Positions 38,952 through 50,246 are shown, counted from the first letter of the stretch. The stretch is 64,000 bases of DNA from Bdellovibrionota bacterium (GCA_965207455.1 CBDBMJ010000001.1:1152001-1216000); one strand, 5' to 3'. The notes: generated by a model from the sequence alone, not told the origin. Program-made: numbers and translations.

Positions 38952-41363
38952 CTAGAGTTTAGAGTAACCAGAACCCACTAAATTTAATCCAAATTTAAAG
39001 TGAATCTGTTTTCCCACCTCTCGGTTTTCCTCATAACGTAAACGCAACTGCCAACATTCCGATGGAGAATTATAGATTGTGGAAATAGTTTGCTCTGGCT
39101 CTTCTAATTCTAATAAATCCATCCTTCTGTAATAGGAAAAAAGTATATCATCTGTCAATGACCAAGTAAAACCAAGGCTTAATTTTTTGCTGGCGTTGGG
39201 TTCTGTAAATAGCTCAAAACCCATGAAAACACTTTTTTTCCGTACCCTCGTTGCTGTTCTATTGCTTATATTCTCTATATCCCATTCCACACCCAACTTC
39301 AACTCATGCCTAGCACTGTACTCATCATTATCCCTTAATTTTCCGTATGGTTTATATTTATATTCTATATGATTTTGAAAATGATGTAAGGTTAGCAGGG
39401 ATCGCACCAGTAAGGGAGCAAAGGGCTTTGAGAGGGAACCATCGGGCTTCGTACTCTGAGCCTCTTTGAAGTCGTAGGATTGGTTAACAGACAGTGACCA
39501 AATCTCCTTGTATAGATCATAATCAGGGGCATATTTATCCCAATGGCGCTGCTTCAATATTTGTATTTCCTGTGCTCTATTCTGAGGCTTGGGATATTTT
39601 TTCTCTATGGTTTTCGTCAAGTCATAGGGATAAAAAGAAATATGATTCTCTTTCCTCAGTTTACGTATAAACCGACTGGTAAATCCATAACTTATGGCAT
39701 TTCCCAGCGGTTCTCTTAAATTATCCCGACTATAAGTAATGGGAACCCTATCCAGTTCATCAAAAATTCCACCATCCTCTTTCGCTTGTTGAGTAAAGGG
39801 ATGGTCTGAGGAGTTCTTCTTCCAAAAAATATTGGAGTAGGTAATAAATGGACTTATCTGGTGCTTTAGCTTGGAATATTCCGACCCATTGAGGTTAAAT
39901 ACTTTTTCAATTTCTGTGGATATGCGAACCTGAGAAAGGAGGTGGTGGTTGAGTAAGTTCTTTACATCGTTGGTGGAAGCATCATCAAAAGAATAAAAAC
40001 GCTGGTCATACTCCAACAACGGCGACACAGTCAAAACATCTTCAATCTTAAAGGAATGGGACAGGCTTGGATTTAACAATATTCGATGAGACTCCCTGAG
40101 CCTGTCCGCTGTGAGTGGGGAGTAAACCCCATCCCCATTAGCGTCGAAAAAAGAACTTCCTCTGCGATGAAACCGGTCGTACCGAAAAAATACACTCCCA
40201 GTTATTCCTTGCCATAATCTTCTCTCCTTAAGACCAAAAAATAAACTGGGCCCTCTCTGTACCATATCTTCATCAAAACGAACTTTATCTTTTGCAATTA
40301 AACTACGTAAACGAGTCCACTCCAGATCAACAAAAAAATCATCGAAATCAGACATAAGAACAGCACTGGACTCTAGAGCAGGAAGGTTGTTGCCTCCTAT
40401 GTCTCCCGAAAATACCCGGGGATAGTCCCTATCGCTCACCTCATTTATCCGCAAATGCAATTTAGCAAAGTGGAAAGGATACAATGTATGATCCATCTGT
40501 AAAGCAAAACGGAGAGACTTTTCTGGAAAAGTGCGGTCCTTAACAAACACACCATCTATGGTGCCCTCATTGTTTTTCAAAAGCTTATAACGATACTGTA
40601 GCCCTGCTCGACTACCTCGCTTGGAATAAAACCCATAGGAAAGGGTGGCGTCCTGGTGATCACTAATGGCTAAAAACAAGGGCTGGTATAACGTAAACCC
40701 ATGACGGGAACTATTGGATATTCGAGGAAATAAAAGCCCACTTTGCCGTTCTGTCTTTACCGGCAATATAAGGTAAGGCAAATACACAGCAGGTGTATCC
40801 TTTATAAATAAATATACTCCCTTCATGAAAACATAACCGTTCGTCGATAAATCAATATTTTGAGCAGAAATTCGCCAAGACTCAGAACAATCCAAACAAG
40901 TGGTATACTCTCCCTCAGTGGCTATAAATCTGTTTTTACTCACCTCACGAATGAGCTGCCCTCGTAGATGGTAGCGCCCATTCGTGATCAACCCATAAAA
41001 AATACTTGCCAAACCAGTATAAACATTAAAGTGCACTTCCGCTGCATAGATGGTTCGCTCAGGGGAAGCAAATACCACATTACCACTGGCCTTTGCATCT
41101 CCCGTTTTTGTGTCGATGGAAATATAATCCGCAGACAATCGTCGATTGTTAGAACTCATTACCACATGGCCAAAGGCCTCATGTATTTTTGTTTTGGAAT
41201 AATAAAGGGTGCGATCCCCAGTGATGTGGAAATCCCCCACACCGAAACTTAAACTTAACTCGAAAGTATCCTCTCCCCAAAGGTCGTAAATAGTCCCAAA
41301 GAAAACAAGAATGCAACAAACTAGAATATGAGTATTTTTCACAAACAACACAGACGCATGCAC
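38952..41363 (-). CDS. lptD: LPS-assembly protein LptD
   Basis: OstA-like N-terminus (ASGNV), YTTC..C...W, LPY...RQSGLLFP, beta-barrel C-terminus. Confidence 0.85.
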   Translation of the reverse strand: MHASVLFVKNTHILVCCILVFFGTIYDLWGEDTFELSLSFGVGDFHITGDRTLYYSKTKIHEAFGHVVMSSNNRRLSADYISIDTKTGDAKASGNVVFASPERTIYAAEVHFNVYTGLASIFYGLITNGRYHLRGQLIREVSKNRFIATEGEYTTCLDCSESWRISAQNIDLSTNGYVFMKGVYLFIKDTPAVYLPYLILPVKTERQSGLLFPRISNSSRHGFTLYQPLFLAISDHQDATLSYGFYSKRGSRAGLQYRYKLLKNNEGTIDGVFVKDRTFPEKSLRFALQMDHTLYPFHFAKLHLRINEVSDRDYPRVFSGDIGGNNLPALESSAVLMSDFDDFFVDLEWTRLRSLIAKDKVRFDEDMVQRGPSLFFGLKERRLWQGITGSVFFRYDRFHRRGSSFFDANGDGVYSPLTADRLRESHRILLNPSLSHSFKIEDVLTVSPLLEYDQRFYSFDDASTNDVKNLLNHHLLSQVRISTEIEKVFNLNGSEYSKLKHQISPFITYSNIFWKKNSSDHPFTQQAKEDGGIFDELDRVPITYSRDNLREPLGNAISYGFTSRFIRKLRKENHISFYPYDLTKTIEKKYPKPQNRAQEIQILKQRHWDKYAPDYDLYKEIWSLSVNQSYDFKEAQSTKPDGSLSKPFAPLLVRSLLTLHHFQNHIEYKYKPYGKLRDNDEYSARHELKLGVEWDIENISNRTATRVRKKSVFMGFELFTEPNASKKLSLGFTWSLTDDILFSYYRRMDLLELEEPEQTISTIYNSPSECWQLRLRYEENREVGKQIHFKFGLNLVGSGYSKL

Positions 41364-41383
41364 ACATCACCGCCCATGAAGCT

Positions 41384-42289
41384 TTATCTCTTTTGCGCCC
41401 TCTTCCCTCTCTGCGGTGCTTTTCCTTTTATGCGACTCCACATTAACATGTGGAGCAGGGATTCTAAAGTCTTAGGTAACTCATTTCTGGAAACAACCTG
41501 ATCCACAAAACCATGCTCCAGTACAAACTCGGAGCGTTGAAACCCCTCGGGTAACTTTTGGCGAATGGTTTGCTCGATAACACGAGGCCCCGCAAATCCA
41601 ACTAAAGCCTTGGGCTCGGCTAGAATAATATCACCCAACATAGCAAAGCTAGCTGCCACACCACCAGTAGTAGGGTCGGTCAAAATAGAAATAAAAGGAA
41701 GCCTCTTCTCTTTCATACGAGCCACAAAAGCACTGGTTTTTGCCATTTGCATTAAACTCAAAATGGATTCCTGCATACGAGCTCCACCGCTGGCACTCAC
41801 AATCACAGCTGGCGTTTCCTGCTGAATGGCTGCCTCCAACAGTAGGGTCACCTTCTCCCCAACCACAACCCCCATGCTTCCACCCATAAAACGAAACTCA
41901 AAGGCACCAATTTGAACAGGAATGGAACCAATTTTGGAGGTACCGCAAAGAAAAGCATCTCCAGTGCCACATTTTTCAATGGATTGCTCCAAACGCTCCG
42001 TATAGGGCTTCAAATCAAAAAAATGCAACGGGTCTGTGGAACGAAGACCCTGCCCATACTCCTCAAACTTGGCGTTATTGGTAAGAAAAGTAATGCGCGC
42101 ACGCGCAGGCATACGAAAATGGTAGGAACATTCCACACACACCATATCGTGATTATGGAGCACCTCCTTTTGCATCACCTCTCCACAGGAAGGGCACTTA
42201 CGCCACATTCCCTCAGGAACACGATTCCCTCGATTAGTACTGACCTTTCGTTTGATCCCAGGTGACTTGATTTTGTCGAAATAAGACAT
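41384..42289 (-). CDS. accD: Acetyl-CoA carboxylase carboxyltransferase beta
   Basis: CPSC..CVEC zinc finger, FMGGSMG, SGGARMQE, PTTGGV, GFAGPRVIEQT. Confidence 0.98.
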   Translation of the reverse strand: MSYFDKIKSPGIKRKVSTNRGNRVPEGMWRKCPSCGEVMQKEVLHNHDMVCVECSYHFRMPARARITFLTNNAKFEEYGQGLRSTDPLHFFDLKPYTERLEQSIEKCGTGDAFLCGTSKIGSIPVQIGAFEFRFMGGSMGVVVGEKVTLLLEAAIQQETPAVIVSASGGARMQESILSLMQMAKTSAFVARMKEKRLPFISILTDPTTGGVAASFAMLGDIILAEPKALVGFAGPRVIEQTIRQKLPEGFQRSEFVLEHGFVDQVVSRNELPKTLESLLHMLMWSRIKGKAPQRGKRAQKR

Positions 42290-42292
42290 AGT

Positions 42293-43063
42293 TTAAAATT
42301 GGTATATTGCACCCGCTTGGGCAAAGTGAATATTCTTAATCTGTAGTTCCAAAATCTCCTTTTGTAAAACCTTATAAAACGAAGGCTTCAAATGGTAAAT
42401 ATAAATCGGCACTCCTGAAGGAATTTTCTTATATTCCTGCTCAAAGGTCTTAGGAACGAAGTGACCCGCCTGCTCTGCCACCAGCGTCTGATCATTGGGA
42501 AAGGCAATCTCTGTAAAAACCGCCTTGAGACTACTCCCACAGCGCTTACCCAGCTCCCAAATAGCTTCTGTGGGCCCTGTGTCCCCGCTCACTAAAACAG
42601 CCCTAGCCCCAGCGCTATTTTGTTCCTGGAGTAAAAATCCTATGGCAGGAACTGGATGAGCCACATCCACAAGCTCCACTTCCACGTCTCCAACCTGTAT
42701 CTTACTTTCCACAGGGACATATTCCAAAATAGGACAGGTGCCATTATTTAACTGTGAAAAGTCAGGCCAAATTTTAAAATTCATAATATGCTCCCGAAAT
42801 ATGGCTAAAATTTCCGGCTTACTGATTACTTGTATGGGTTTTTTTCTGTAAGAGAAAACGTTATCTGCTAAAAAACATAGATCTTTAACGTGATCCAAAT
42901 GACAGTGACTAATAAATATATAATCCAACTCTATCTGTTCTTGTATCGTTAAGGCAGAGGCGCAAGATCCTGCGTCGATTAAAGTTTTTTTATTTATAAG
43001 AAAGCTTGTAGTCTGGTGTTCGTTGGACACACCTCCGTCCCCGCCTAAAATACGAAACTCCAT
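42293..43063 (-). CDS. MBL-fold 3',5'-cyclic nucleotide phosphodiesterase-like hydrolase
   Basis: LIDAG, SHCHLDH, IWPDF, SGDTGPT, YHLKP. Confidence 0.8.
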   Translation of the reverse strand: MEFRILGGDGGVSNEHQTTSFLINKKTLIDAGSCASALTIQEQIELDYIFISHCHLDHVKDLCFLADNVFSYRKKPIQVISKPEILAIFREHIMNFKIWPDFSQLNNGTCPILEYVPVESKIQVGDVEVELVDVAHPVPAIGFLLQEQNSAGARAVLVSGDTGPTEAIWELGKRCGSSLKAVFTEIAFPNDQTLVAEQAGHFVPKTFEQEYKKIPSGVPIYIYHLKPSFYKVLQKEILELQIKNIHFAQAGAIYQF

Positions 43064-43164
43064 AAATGAATCCTGGTGTGTTTGAAAAGTGAGTCCATCC
43101 TAGACTCATTTTCTATTCTATAGAAAAATAGAAAAATCGCAAAACAAAAAAACCGAAAAAAAAA

Positions 43165-44034
43165 TTAATTATCCTGCATTTTCTTCTTTGCCAACACACG
43201 GTTATAAGCATCCCTGCGCTTACAACCTAAAAACTGTGCTACCCTAAGGGCTACCTTTTGGTTAGCTCCCAAATCTAGGATGCTATCCAATAAATCATCT
43301 ACCTGCTCGCTAGAAAACTCTCCTTCTTTTTTTACTGCCTTCTCTATATGAAGGGCCAGCACAAATTCCCCCTTTACACTTTCCCGTGATTGGATTACTT
43401 GGAATAGCTCTTCCGTGGATCCATAGAGTACCTCTTCATTTCTCTTAGTCAGTTCGCGACCGATCACCAGCCTATATCCAGGAAAATGATGGGCCAGCAC
43501 CTCTAGGCAAGCTCGGATTCTATGGGGAGTTTCTAGGAAAACAATTAAACCAGATTGGAGGTTCTTACAAAAGTTTTTTCTGTCTTTGCTGGTTCGGGGA
43601 AAGAAGCCTAAAAAAGAAATGGTATTGCTGGAGACACCTGCCACAGAAACAATCGCTGTGAGTGCAGAGGGACCGGGAATGGGAACCACTCGGATGCCTG
43701 CCTCAACGGCTTGTTCCACAAGTTTTGCTCCGGGGTCGGAAATACACGGAGTACCCGCATCACTTACATATACACCAAACCCTCCCTCGGATAGGCTTGC
43801 TATCAAGTTAGCAATTTGACGTTGAGAGGAGTGCTCAGTAATAGGTATTTTTTTCTTCTTTAGGTCTAGTGTGGCTAAAAGCCTTTGAGCCATTCGAGTA
43901 TCTTCTGCGGCTATCCAATCCGCATGTAAAAAGACCTCCTTTACCCTATCGGACATGTCTAAAAGATTGCCTATGGGCGTGGCTACAATAAAAAGGGTAG
44001 GACTTGGGTAATTATTCATTTGGCTATTATTCAT
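43165..44034 (-). CDS. rsmI: 16S rRNA C1402 2'-O-methyltransferase
   Basis: VATPIGNL, AEDTR, SDAGTPCISDPG, PIPGPSA, RELTK, KGEF. Confidence 0.96.
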   Translation of the reverse strand: MNNSQMNNYPSPTLFIVATPIGNLLDMSDRVKEVFLHADWIAAEDTRMAQRLLATLDLKKKKIPITEHSSQRQIANLIASLSEGGFGVYVSDAGTPCISDPGAKLVEQAVEAGIRVVPIPGPSALTAIVSVAGVSSNTISFLGFFPRTSKDRKNFCKNLQSGLIVFLETPHRIRACLEVLAHHFPGYRLVIGRELTKRNEEVLYGSTEELFQVIQSRESVKGEFVLALHIEKAVKKEGEFSSEQVDDLLDSILDLGANQKVALRVAQFLGCKRRDAYNRVLAKKKMQDN

Positions 44035-44078
44035 ATTCTCTCTTATACTGTAAAGAGAACCATTAAGGAAACAAAGCT

Positions 44079-44429
44079 ATGTCTTTAAAAGCCAATATTA
44101 TAGAAAAAGATAATCTAGCCATCGTAGCCATAGAGGGAAAGCTTAGTCATGAAAATCAGGAGCACTTGTGTTTACGCATAAGTGGTTTGATTAGTCTAGG
44201 CAAGGAAGTGGTTGTGGATATGGCTGGGCTGGACTTTGTGGGTTCCAGTGGAATTGTTTCTTTTCTTCTTACTCTGAAAAACGAGCGTCGACTCCCAAGG
44301 TTTTGTAATGTGAGTATAGAGTTTCAAAAAATAATGAGCGCTTATAATATTGAAGAAAAAGCGATATGTAAGTCTCGTGTGGATGCCATAGATAGTTTCT
44401 TTCGCAAGGGCGACTTAGAAAATAATTAA
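44079..44429 (+). CDS. STAS-domain anti-sigma-factor antagonist
   Basis: VVVDMAGLDFVGSSGI. Confidence 0.85.
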   Translation: MSLKANIIEKDNLAIVAIEGKLSHENQEHLCLRISGLISLGKEVVVDMAGLDFVGSSGIVSFLLTLKNERRLPRFCNVSIEFQKIMSAYNIEEKAICKSRVDAIDSFFRKGDLENN

Positions 44430-44448
44430 CAAATTGAATGAGCGACAA

Positions 44449-44523
<75 letters not shown>

Positions 44524-44609
44524 TCGAAGAAATAAGAAAGGGCAAAATAAATTCTGCCCCCCTTTTTACCCTCTTTTGATCCCTTTTGGTCCCTATCTAT
44601 GAAAGATTT

Positions 44610-45851
44610 TTAAAATTTCATACCTGCGGAAACTTGGAAGTAACTATATGAGGCTGCTGCAAATTCCTCACCATCACCGTTGAAGGTTTTTCTGCCATAC
44701 GCATCCGTTGGAGATAGTTCTGAAAAGGATCCAAATTCTCCACCTAGCATAAGACTAGAAGAGAGTTTATATTTTCCGTTCAGCATAAAGCCACTATAGC
44801 CTGGAGAAAAGCGGTCATACGTGAAGTTCTCATATACGGAGCCGATACCTTTGCTTCCGTAAGAACCTGTAAAAGAGAAGTCACCCGGTTTTTTAAGTCG
44901 CTTCCAGGTTAACCCCAGCAACCAAGCTGTAGTATTGATGTCTTCAACATCCCCTGTTTCACCTGTGGTGAGGGCCTCATATTCTTGTGAAGAGTTCATT
45001 ATCATTTCAAACTCTGCTTGTATGTTATAGGGGAGAGAGGTCTTGGCTAAAACCTGTATTTGGGAAGATGACGGCATGGTAAGGAATGGTTCAGGTTCGC
45101 GAGATCCGGGTTCAGAAGAACCATTGTCATTGCGACGAAGGTGATTGCTTATGGGCAGTGCTCTTGCAATAATCTTACACTCAACTCTTGCAGGATCAGG
45201 TCCGGACCATCTGTGGTATCCTACAGCAAAAGTAGTGCGAATCCGGTTCGTAAATCTCCATTTCAATGTTCCTTGGAAAGAAAGTAAGGAGCCTAACTTT
45301 CCACCACTTACTGCACTATTTCCCATAAAAGCATATTGAGCAAGCCTTAATCCATAGGCTCCCTTTTGCCAAGTCCAGCCCAAGCCTCCGAGATTTACAT
45401 CCGAGTCCATAAATAGTTGGTGTTCACCCATTAGAAAAACTGGTTGTTGCTGACCTACTGTAATATTGACGAAGCCAAAACCAAAATTCTGTCTATAGCG
45501 AACCCAAGCTTCGCTCAAAGTAATGGGTAAACCGGAGATAAGACCTGGGGGGGATATTGGAGATATGTTTCCATACATTCCAAAAGGTGCGTGAACTATA
45601 TTAGGAGCTCCACCGTCCGTTCGAAATTTCAGACCCCAAGCGAACTTTTTGTTACCGTCACTCAAACCCAGCTCTGCCATCATCTCTACTATTGTTTCCG
45701 AATAATCTGTGTTTGTGGCATCATCAGCGTCACGTAAAGTATAGCTGGAAGTGAAATAACGGGGCTCCATGCTCCCGCTCCACTTTATAGCTTCCGCATT
45801 TATGGTAAAAATAAAAAATAAGCCTGTCGTTATTAGTATAAGTTTTTTCAT
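44610..45851 (-). CDS. Putative outer-membrane beta-barrel/porin
   Basis: Signal peptide (AEA), alternating aromatic/Gly strands, C-terminal Phe (FQVSAGMKF). Confidence 0.75.
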   Translation of the reverse strand: MKKLILITTGLFFIFTINAEAIKWSGSMEPRYFTSSYTLRDADDATNTDYSETIVEMMAELGLSDGNKKFAWGLKFRTDGGAPNIVHAPFGMYGNISPISPPGLISGLPITLSEAWVRYRQNFGFGFVNITVGQQQPVFLMGEHQLFMDSDVNLGGLGWTWQKGAYGLRLAQYAFMGNSAVSGGKLGSLLSFQGTLKWRFTNRIRTTFAVGYHRWSGPDPARVECKIIARALPISNHLRRNDNGSSEPGSREPEPFLTMPSSSQIQVLAKTSLPYNIQAEFEMIMNSSQEYEALTTGETGDVEDINTTAWLLGLTWKRLKKPGDFSFTGSYGSKGIGSVYENFTYDRFSPGYSGFMLNGKYKLSSSLMLGGEFGSFSELSPTDAYGRKTFNGDGEEFAAASYSYFQVSAGMKF

Positions 45852-46086
45852 TTTGTTATCCTCTTCTATGTTTTCGTTAAGTTAATATCACTATTTTGTT
45901 CAAAGCAACAAAACAGGGAGTACACCTTAATACTTGATTATAGTATTCATACTGTCAAGCCCTAATAAAATATTTTTATCGGAAATGGCGACGCAGTGCT
46001 CGCCCCCATGTATCGCATATTAATTCATAAAAACCTGTTGGCGTGTTTGGCTTGCGGGGAAAGTAACTCTAAAATAGAGAGTAAAG

Positions 46087-48447
46087 ATGATTGCAAATTA
46101 CTCTCAAAAAAAATATCCCTCTCCTCCGCCGAACACTCCTCTGCGGGATCTCCTTAGTCTCATTTTTCTATTTTCCGGAACTTTTACTGCAATCTCTTTA
46201 TACTCTTTCGTTCCCACGGACCCGTCTTGGTTTACCGCTACCCAACAGGTTTCACAAAACTTTTCTGGACTAGCTGGGAGTTATTGGTCTGCTCTCTTAA
46301 TTCATTTTTTTGGAGTAAGTGCATTTTTATTTTGTTTTCTACTTTTTGTTTTAGGGGTTATTATTTTTCAAAAATTGGAACGTTATAAGGTATTATTTAT
46401 ATCTGTTCATTACCTATTTCTCCTCACTGCATCGTGCGCCATGCTGGGATTTTTCAAAACAAAGTTACACTATCAAGCCACAGCTTTTCCCATGGGAGGT
46501 ATCTTGGGTCAAGAGTTAAGTACTGCTTCACAGGAGTATTTCAACTTGGGGGGAATGATTCTTATCGCTGCTTTTATTTTTATTTTATCCCTACGCGCTT
46601 CTTTTCAAATCACTATCCGTGAGTTAGGGTTCTATGCTTGGTGGACTGTCAGTAAGGTTTTTCTTTTTATCTTTGCTATTCTGGTAAAATTCTCCATGAA
46701 AGTAGGACTTTTTTTCGCTCGAATTGCACGCCAAGCCTTTCTATTTATACGCTTTCTGAATTGGAGGAAGTTGTTTAGCTTGGGAGCCCACAAGGATCAA
46801 TTATTGCTTTGGTTTTCACGTCTAGGGCATCCCTATGGTCAGCACTCCCATACTCCTCCGACTATTGAGCAAGAGGATATTGCCAAGACCAATAACTGTT
46901 TTCTTCCTAATCTTACTCAGCGTCCTCCTTCAGAAAAAGTTTTAACGTATGTGCAGCGAATGCAACATAAGAACGACCAGTACCTGCGAAAGGCAATGAG
47001 TAACAGAAAGTATACGCTCCCCCCTGTTATTCTCCTAAGAAATCCTCAAGCTGTTGCCTGCACATATAGCAAAGCAGAGTTATATGAAAATTCTCAGCGT
47101 TTACAGGAAGCTTTTTCCGACTTTAAAATTCAAGGAACGGTAACTGCGGTAAAGCCTGGCCCCATCATCACCATGTATGAGTTCCGTCCTGGCACGGGTG
47201 TAAAGGTCAACTCCATTACAAATCTTGCCGACGATCTTGCTCTAGCTCTATCTGCCCAGAGTGTTCGTATAGAGGCGCCTATTCCAGGTCGTGACGTTGT
47301 GGGAATTGAAGTGCCCAATCAACGTAAAGAGGAAGTATTCTTAAAGGACATTATCGACACGAAACTCTTCTTCAATAAAAATTACTCCATCCCCATTGCC
47401 TTAGGAAAAGATACGCTTGGAAATCCTGTGGTAGCTGATTTAAAAAAAATGCCCCACATGCTCATTGCTGGCACCACGGGTTCGGGAAAGTCCGTATTTA
47501 TTAATTCCCTAATTTGTTCTCTCTTATACAGGTATAATCCTGACGAGTTAAAATTAATTATGGTAGACCCTAAGCAACTGGAGCTCAATGCTTATGAGGG
47601 CATTCCCCACTTGTTACTTCCTATTGTCACTGAAGCGAAGAAGGCAAGCTTGGCGCTTCGTTGGGCTGTTCAGGAGATGGAGCGTCGCTATACATTGATT
47701 GCCCGATCGGGAATGCGTGATATCGACAACTACAATCAAAAAATTGAAGAGCTTGGGGAAGAGAATATTCATGGTCAGTTGGGCTTATTAGAGGAAGAAT
47801 CCGTAGAAAAACTACCGAAAGTAATTGTTATTATCGACGAGTTAGCCGACCTTATGATGACAGCAAAATCCACGGTGGAAACAAATATCTGTCTCCTAGC
47901 ACAGAAAGCTAGGGCCGCAGGAATTCACCTTGTTCTAGCTACCCAACGCCCTTCCGTCGACGTCATTACTGGATTGATTAAAGCCAACTTACCTGCACGC
48001 CTAAGCTTCCGACTGAGCTCTAAAATTGATTCCCGCACTATTTTTGATTTCACGGGTGCGGAACGATTGGTGGGAAATGGAGACATGTTATTTATGCCAC
48101 CGGGAGAGTCCAGACTTGTTCGCATGCACGGCGCTTTTATCAGTGAAGAAGAAATTGCCAGTATCACAGCCCACTGGCGCGCTCAGAGCGACCCAGAGTA
48201 TCGAGATGATATTCTCGTAGACCCAGACGAAAAAAGCGATTCCACGCTATACAATAGCGACGGTGAGGACTTATTCCAAGAAGCCGTGGATATAACATTA
48301 AACATGGGATATGTGAGCTCGTCCATGCTCCAACGACGATTCCGAATTGGCTACAACCGCGCTGCACGCATGGTAGATCAAATGGAAGCCCAAGGTATTG
48401 TTGGACCTGCCGACGGCTCTAAGCCAAGACCAGTAATAATAAAATAA
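46087..48447 (+). CDS. ftsK: DNA translocase FtsK
   Basis: 4TM N-terminus, PHMLIAGTTGSGKS, IIDELADLM, ATQRPSVDVITG, IGYNRAAR gamma domain. Confidence 0.98.
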   Translation: MIANYSQKKYPSPPPNTPLRDLLSLIFLFSGTFTAISLYSFVPTDPSWFTATQQVSQNFSGLAGSYWSALLIHFFGVSAFLFCFLLFVLGVIIFQKLERYKVLFISVHYLFLLTASCAMLGFFKTKLHYQATAFPMGGILGQELSTASQEYFNLGGMILIAAFIFILSLRASFQITIRELGFYAWWTVSKVFLFIFAILVKFSMKVGLFFARIARQAFLFIRFLNWRKLFSLGAHKDQLLLWFSRLGHPYGQHSHTPPTIEQEDIAKTNNCFLPNLTQRPPSEKVLTYVQRMQHKNDQYLRKAMSNRKYTLPPVILLRNPQAVACTYSKAELYENSQRLQEAFSDFKIQGTVTAVKPGPIITMYEFRPGTGVKVNSITNLADDLALALSAQSVRIEAPIPGRDVVGIEVPNQRKEEVFLKDIIDTKLFFNKNYSIPIALGKDTLGNPVVADLKKMPHMLIAGTTGSGKSVFINSLICSLLYRYNPDELKLIMVDPKQLELNAYEGIPHLLLPIVTEAKKASLALRWAVQEMERRYTLIARSGMRDIDNYNQKIEELGEENIHGQLGLLEEESVEKLPKVIVIIDELADLMMTAKSTVETNICLLAQKARAAGIHLVLATQRPSVDVITGLIKANLPARLSFRLSSKIDSRTIFDFTGAERLVGNGDMLFMPPGESRLVRMHGAFISEEEIASITAHWRAQSDPEYRDDILVDPDEKSDSTLYNSDGEDLFQEAVDITLNMGYVSSSMLQRRFRIGYNRAARMVDQMEAQGIVGPADGSKPRPVIIK

Positions 48448-48507
48448 TTTATAACTATTTGTTTTTATTAGATTTAATGGAAATTCTTGGCTCGATAGTA
48501 GGAAAAG

Positions 48508-49050
48508 CTAGGCCTCTTCCACCTGTGTGCCGCTAAGTTCATCGTGGAAGCAACGTCCTTGTCCCTTATAGGCTCCTAGAGCAAAGAAAAGGCCCAGGGA
48601 GAATAGGCTGACAATACTAGCGAGAAAGCGCATAACAGATTGACGGAAGGCAATCGAAGCCGTTTGGTGTTTTGTTTGCCTGATACGCAATCCCATTAGC
48701 CCTTGACCAAGGGTGGTCTGCCACAAATGCAGGAAAGCAATATAATATAGCGCTCCAAATAGGAGGCAAAGGCCGGGCCAAAGGATTGACTGTGCCGACT
48801 GGTAGACCAGTAAAAATGTTCCTCGATCTACGGGAAGGCTTGCTCCCCACTTTTCCTCAATAATCAGTCGAGATAAAAAAAGGCTAAGCCATTGGCTTAG
48901 TCCCAGGCTCAATCCATAGAGGAGGCTGAAGTCAATCCAAAAGGCAAAAAATCGACGTCGAGGGCTGGGTGCTTTGGGGGCAGCAGGAAATGGAATAATG
49001 GTGGCTTTTTCATCTATTTCTTCCAATAAGTATGGATTTGGGACTGGCAT
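48508..49050 (-). CDS. RDD-family membrane protein
   Basis: RRFFAFWID, TLGQGLMGLRI, HDELSGT. Confidence 0.85.
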   Translation of the reverse strand: MPVPNPYLLEEIDEKATIIPFPAAPKAPSPRRRFFAFWIDFSLLYGLSLGLSQWLSLFLSRLIIEEKWGASLPVDRGTFLLVYQSAQSILWPGLCLLFGALYYIAFLHLWQTTLGQGLMGLRIRQTKHQTASIAFRQSVMRFLASIVSLFSLGLFFALGAYKGQGRCFHDELSGTQVEEA

Positions 49051-49155
49051 ATTTTCTCCTGCTATATAGTTTTATCGGCAGGTTTTCTATTTTTTGTAAG
49101 CAAGAACTTGCTTTTTTTACTTTTTCCGTGCTAAACCAAGGATTGAGACAAAAAC

Positions 49156-49255
49156 TTACACGCTCTCTCTAGGGGTGCTCTCCCAGGCGACCTAGGGTGT
49201 TTTAGTGCTAAGTCACTGTATATATTCAGTGTTTTGGCTATAGAGCGAGTGAATG
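49156..49255 (+). promoter_or_regulatory. Probable rpsB (S2) autogenous-control leader
   Basis: Long 5' UTR with acacgctct...agagcgagtg closing stem and GGGGTGC motif; position upstream of rpsB. Confidence 0.5.
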
Positions 49256-49279
49256 AACTGAAACCAGAAAGGGAGGCGC

Positions 49280-50212
49280 ATGCCAGAAGTAAATGTTAAA
49301 GATCTATTAGAAGCGGGGGTTCATTTTGGTCACCAGACCAAGCGTTGGAATCCAAAAATGAAGCCATACATCTATGGCATAAAAAATAAAATTTACATTA
49401 TTGACCTACAAAAAACAGCCGCTCTCACAAAAGCAGCCTGTGCTTTTACTAGCCAGGTGGTTAGTTCGGGAAAAAAGATACTGTTTATTGGCACAAAAAA
49501 ACAGGCCCGGACTATTATTGTTGATGAAGCCAAGCGTGCCGAGCAATTTTTTGTATCGAACCGTTGGTTAGGGGGCACCCTTACCAATTACCAAACGATT
49601 CGTGCTTCCGTGGACCGCTTAAAGAAACTGGTCCAGATGAAAGAGTCTGGAGAGATGAAGTCCATGAATAAAAAACATGTATTCCGTTTAGAAAAGCAAA
49701 TGCAAAAATTAGAAAAAAATCTAGGGGGAATGACAGAAATGCGTAAACTCCCTGGGGCTCTCTTCATCATTGATCCCAGTAAAGAAAGAAGTGCTGTGCT
49801 AGAAGCCAACAAGCTTGGCATTCCAGTAATTGGTGTGGTGGATACAAACTGTGACCCCACTGGAATTGATTATGTCATTCCTGGAAATGACGACTCTATT
49901 AAGTCTATTCACCTGTTTAGTTCCCTGATTGCAGAATCTTGCCTAGAGGGTGCCCAAGAGTACCAGAAAAAACTTCGCTCCAGTAGAGAAGGAAAACCTG
50001 AAACAACAGCACAAGCAAGACCGCAAGCAATACCAGTGGCACAAGCAAGACCGCAAGCAATACCAGTGGCACAAGCAAGACCGCAAGCAATACCAGTAGC
50101 ACCAGCAAGACCGCAAGCAACACCAGCACCAACAAAACCACAAGCAGCGCCAGCGGCGGAAACAGTAACAGCCACACCAACAGAAACAGCAAACAAAACG
50201 GAAGAAACATAA
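49280..50212 (+). CDS. rpsB: 30S ribosomal protein S2 with repetitive C-tail
   Basis: LLEAGVHFGHQT.RWNPKM, RWLGGTLTN, VDTNCDP, PGNDD. Confidence 0.99.
   Translation: MPEVNVKDLLEAGVHFGHQTKRWNPKMKPYIYGIKNKIYIIDLQKTAALTKAACAFTSQVVSSGKKILFIGTKKQARTIIVDEAKRAEQFFVSNRWLGGTLTNYQTIRASVDRLKKLVQMKESGEMKSMNKKHVFRLEKQMQKLEKNLGGMTEMRKLPGALFIIDPSKERSAVLEANKLGIPVIGVVDTNCDPTGIDYVIPGNDDSIKSIHLFSSLIAESCLEGAQEYQKKLRSSREGKPETTAQARPQAIPVAQARPQAIPVAQARPQAIPVAPARPQATPAPTKPQAAPAAETVTATPTETANKTEET
50009..50155. repeat. In-frame 30-bp tandem repeat in the rpsB tail (AQARPQAIPV)
   Basis: gcacaagcaagaccgcaagcaataccagt(g/a) x3 plus degenerate copies. Confidence 0.92.
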
Positions 50213-50246
50213 TTCACGTCGACCAAAGGAAAAGGATTTAAGAACC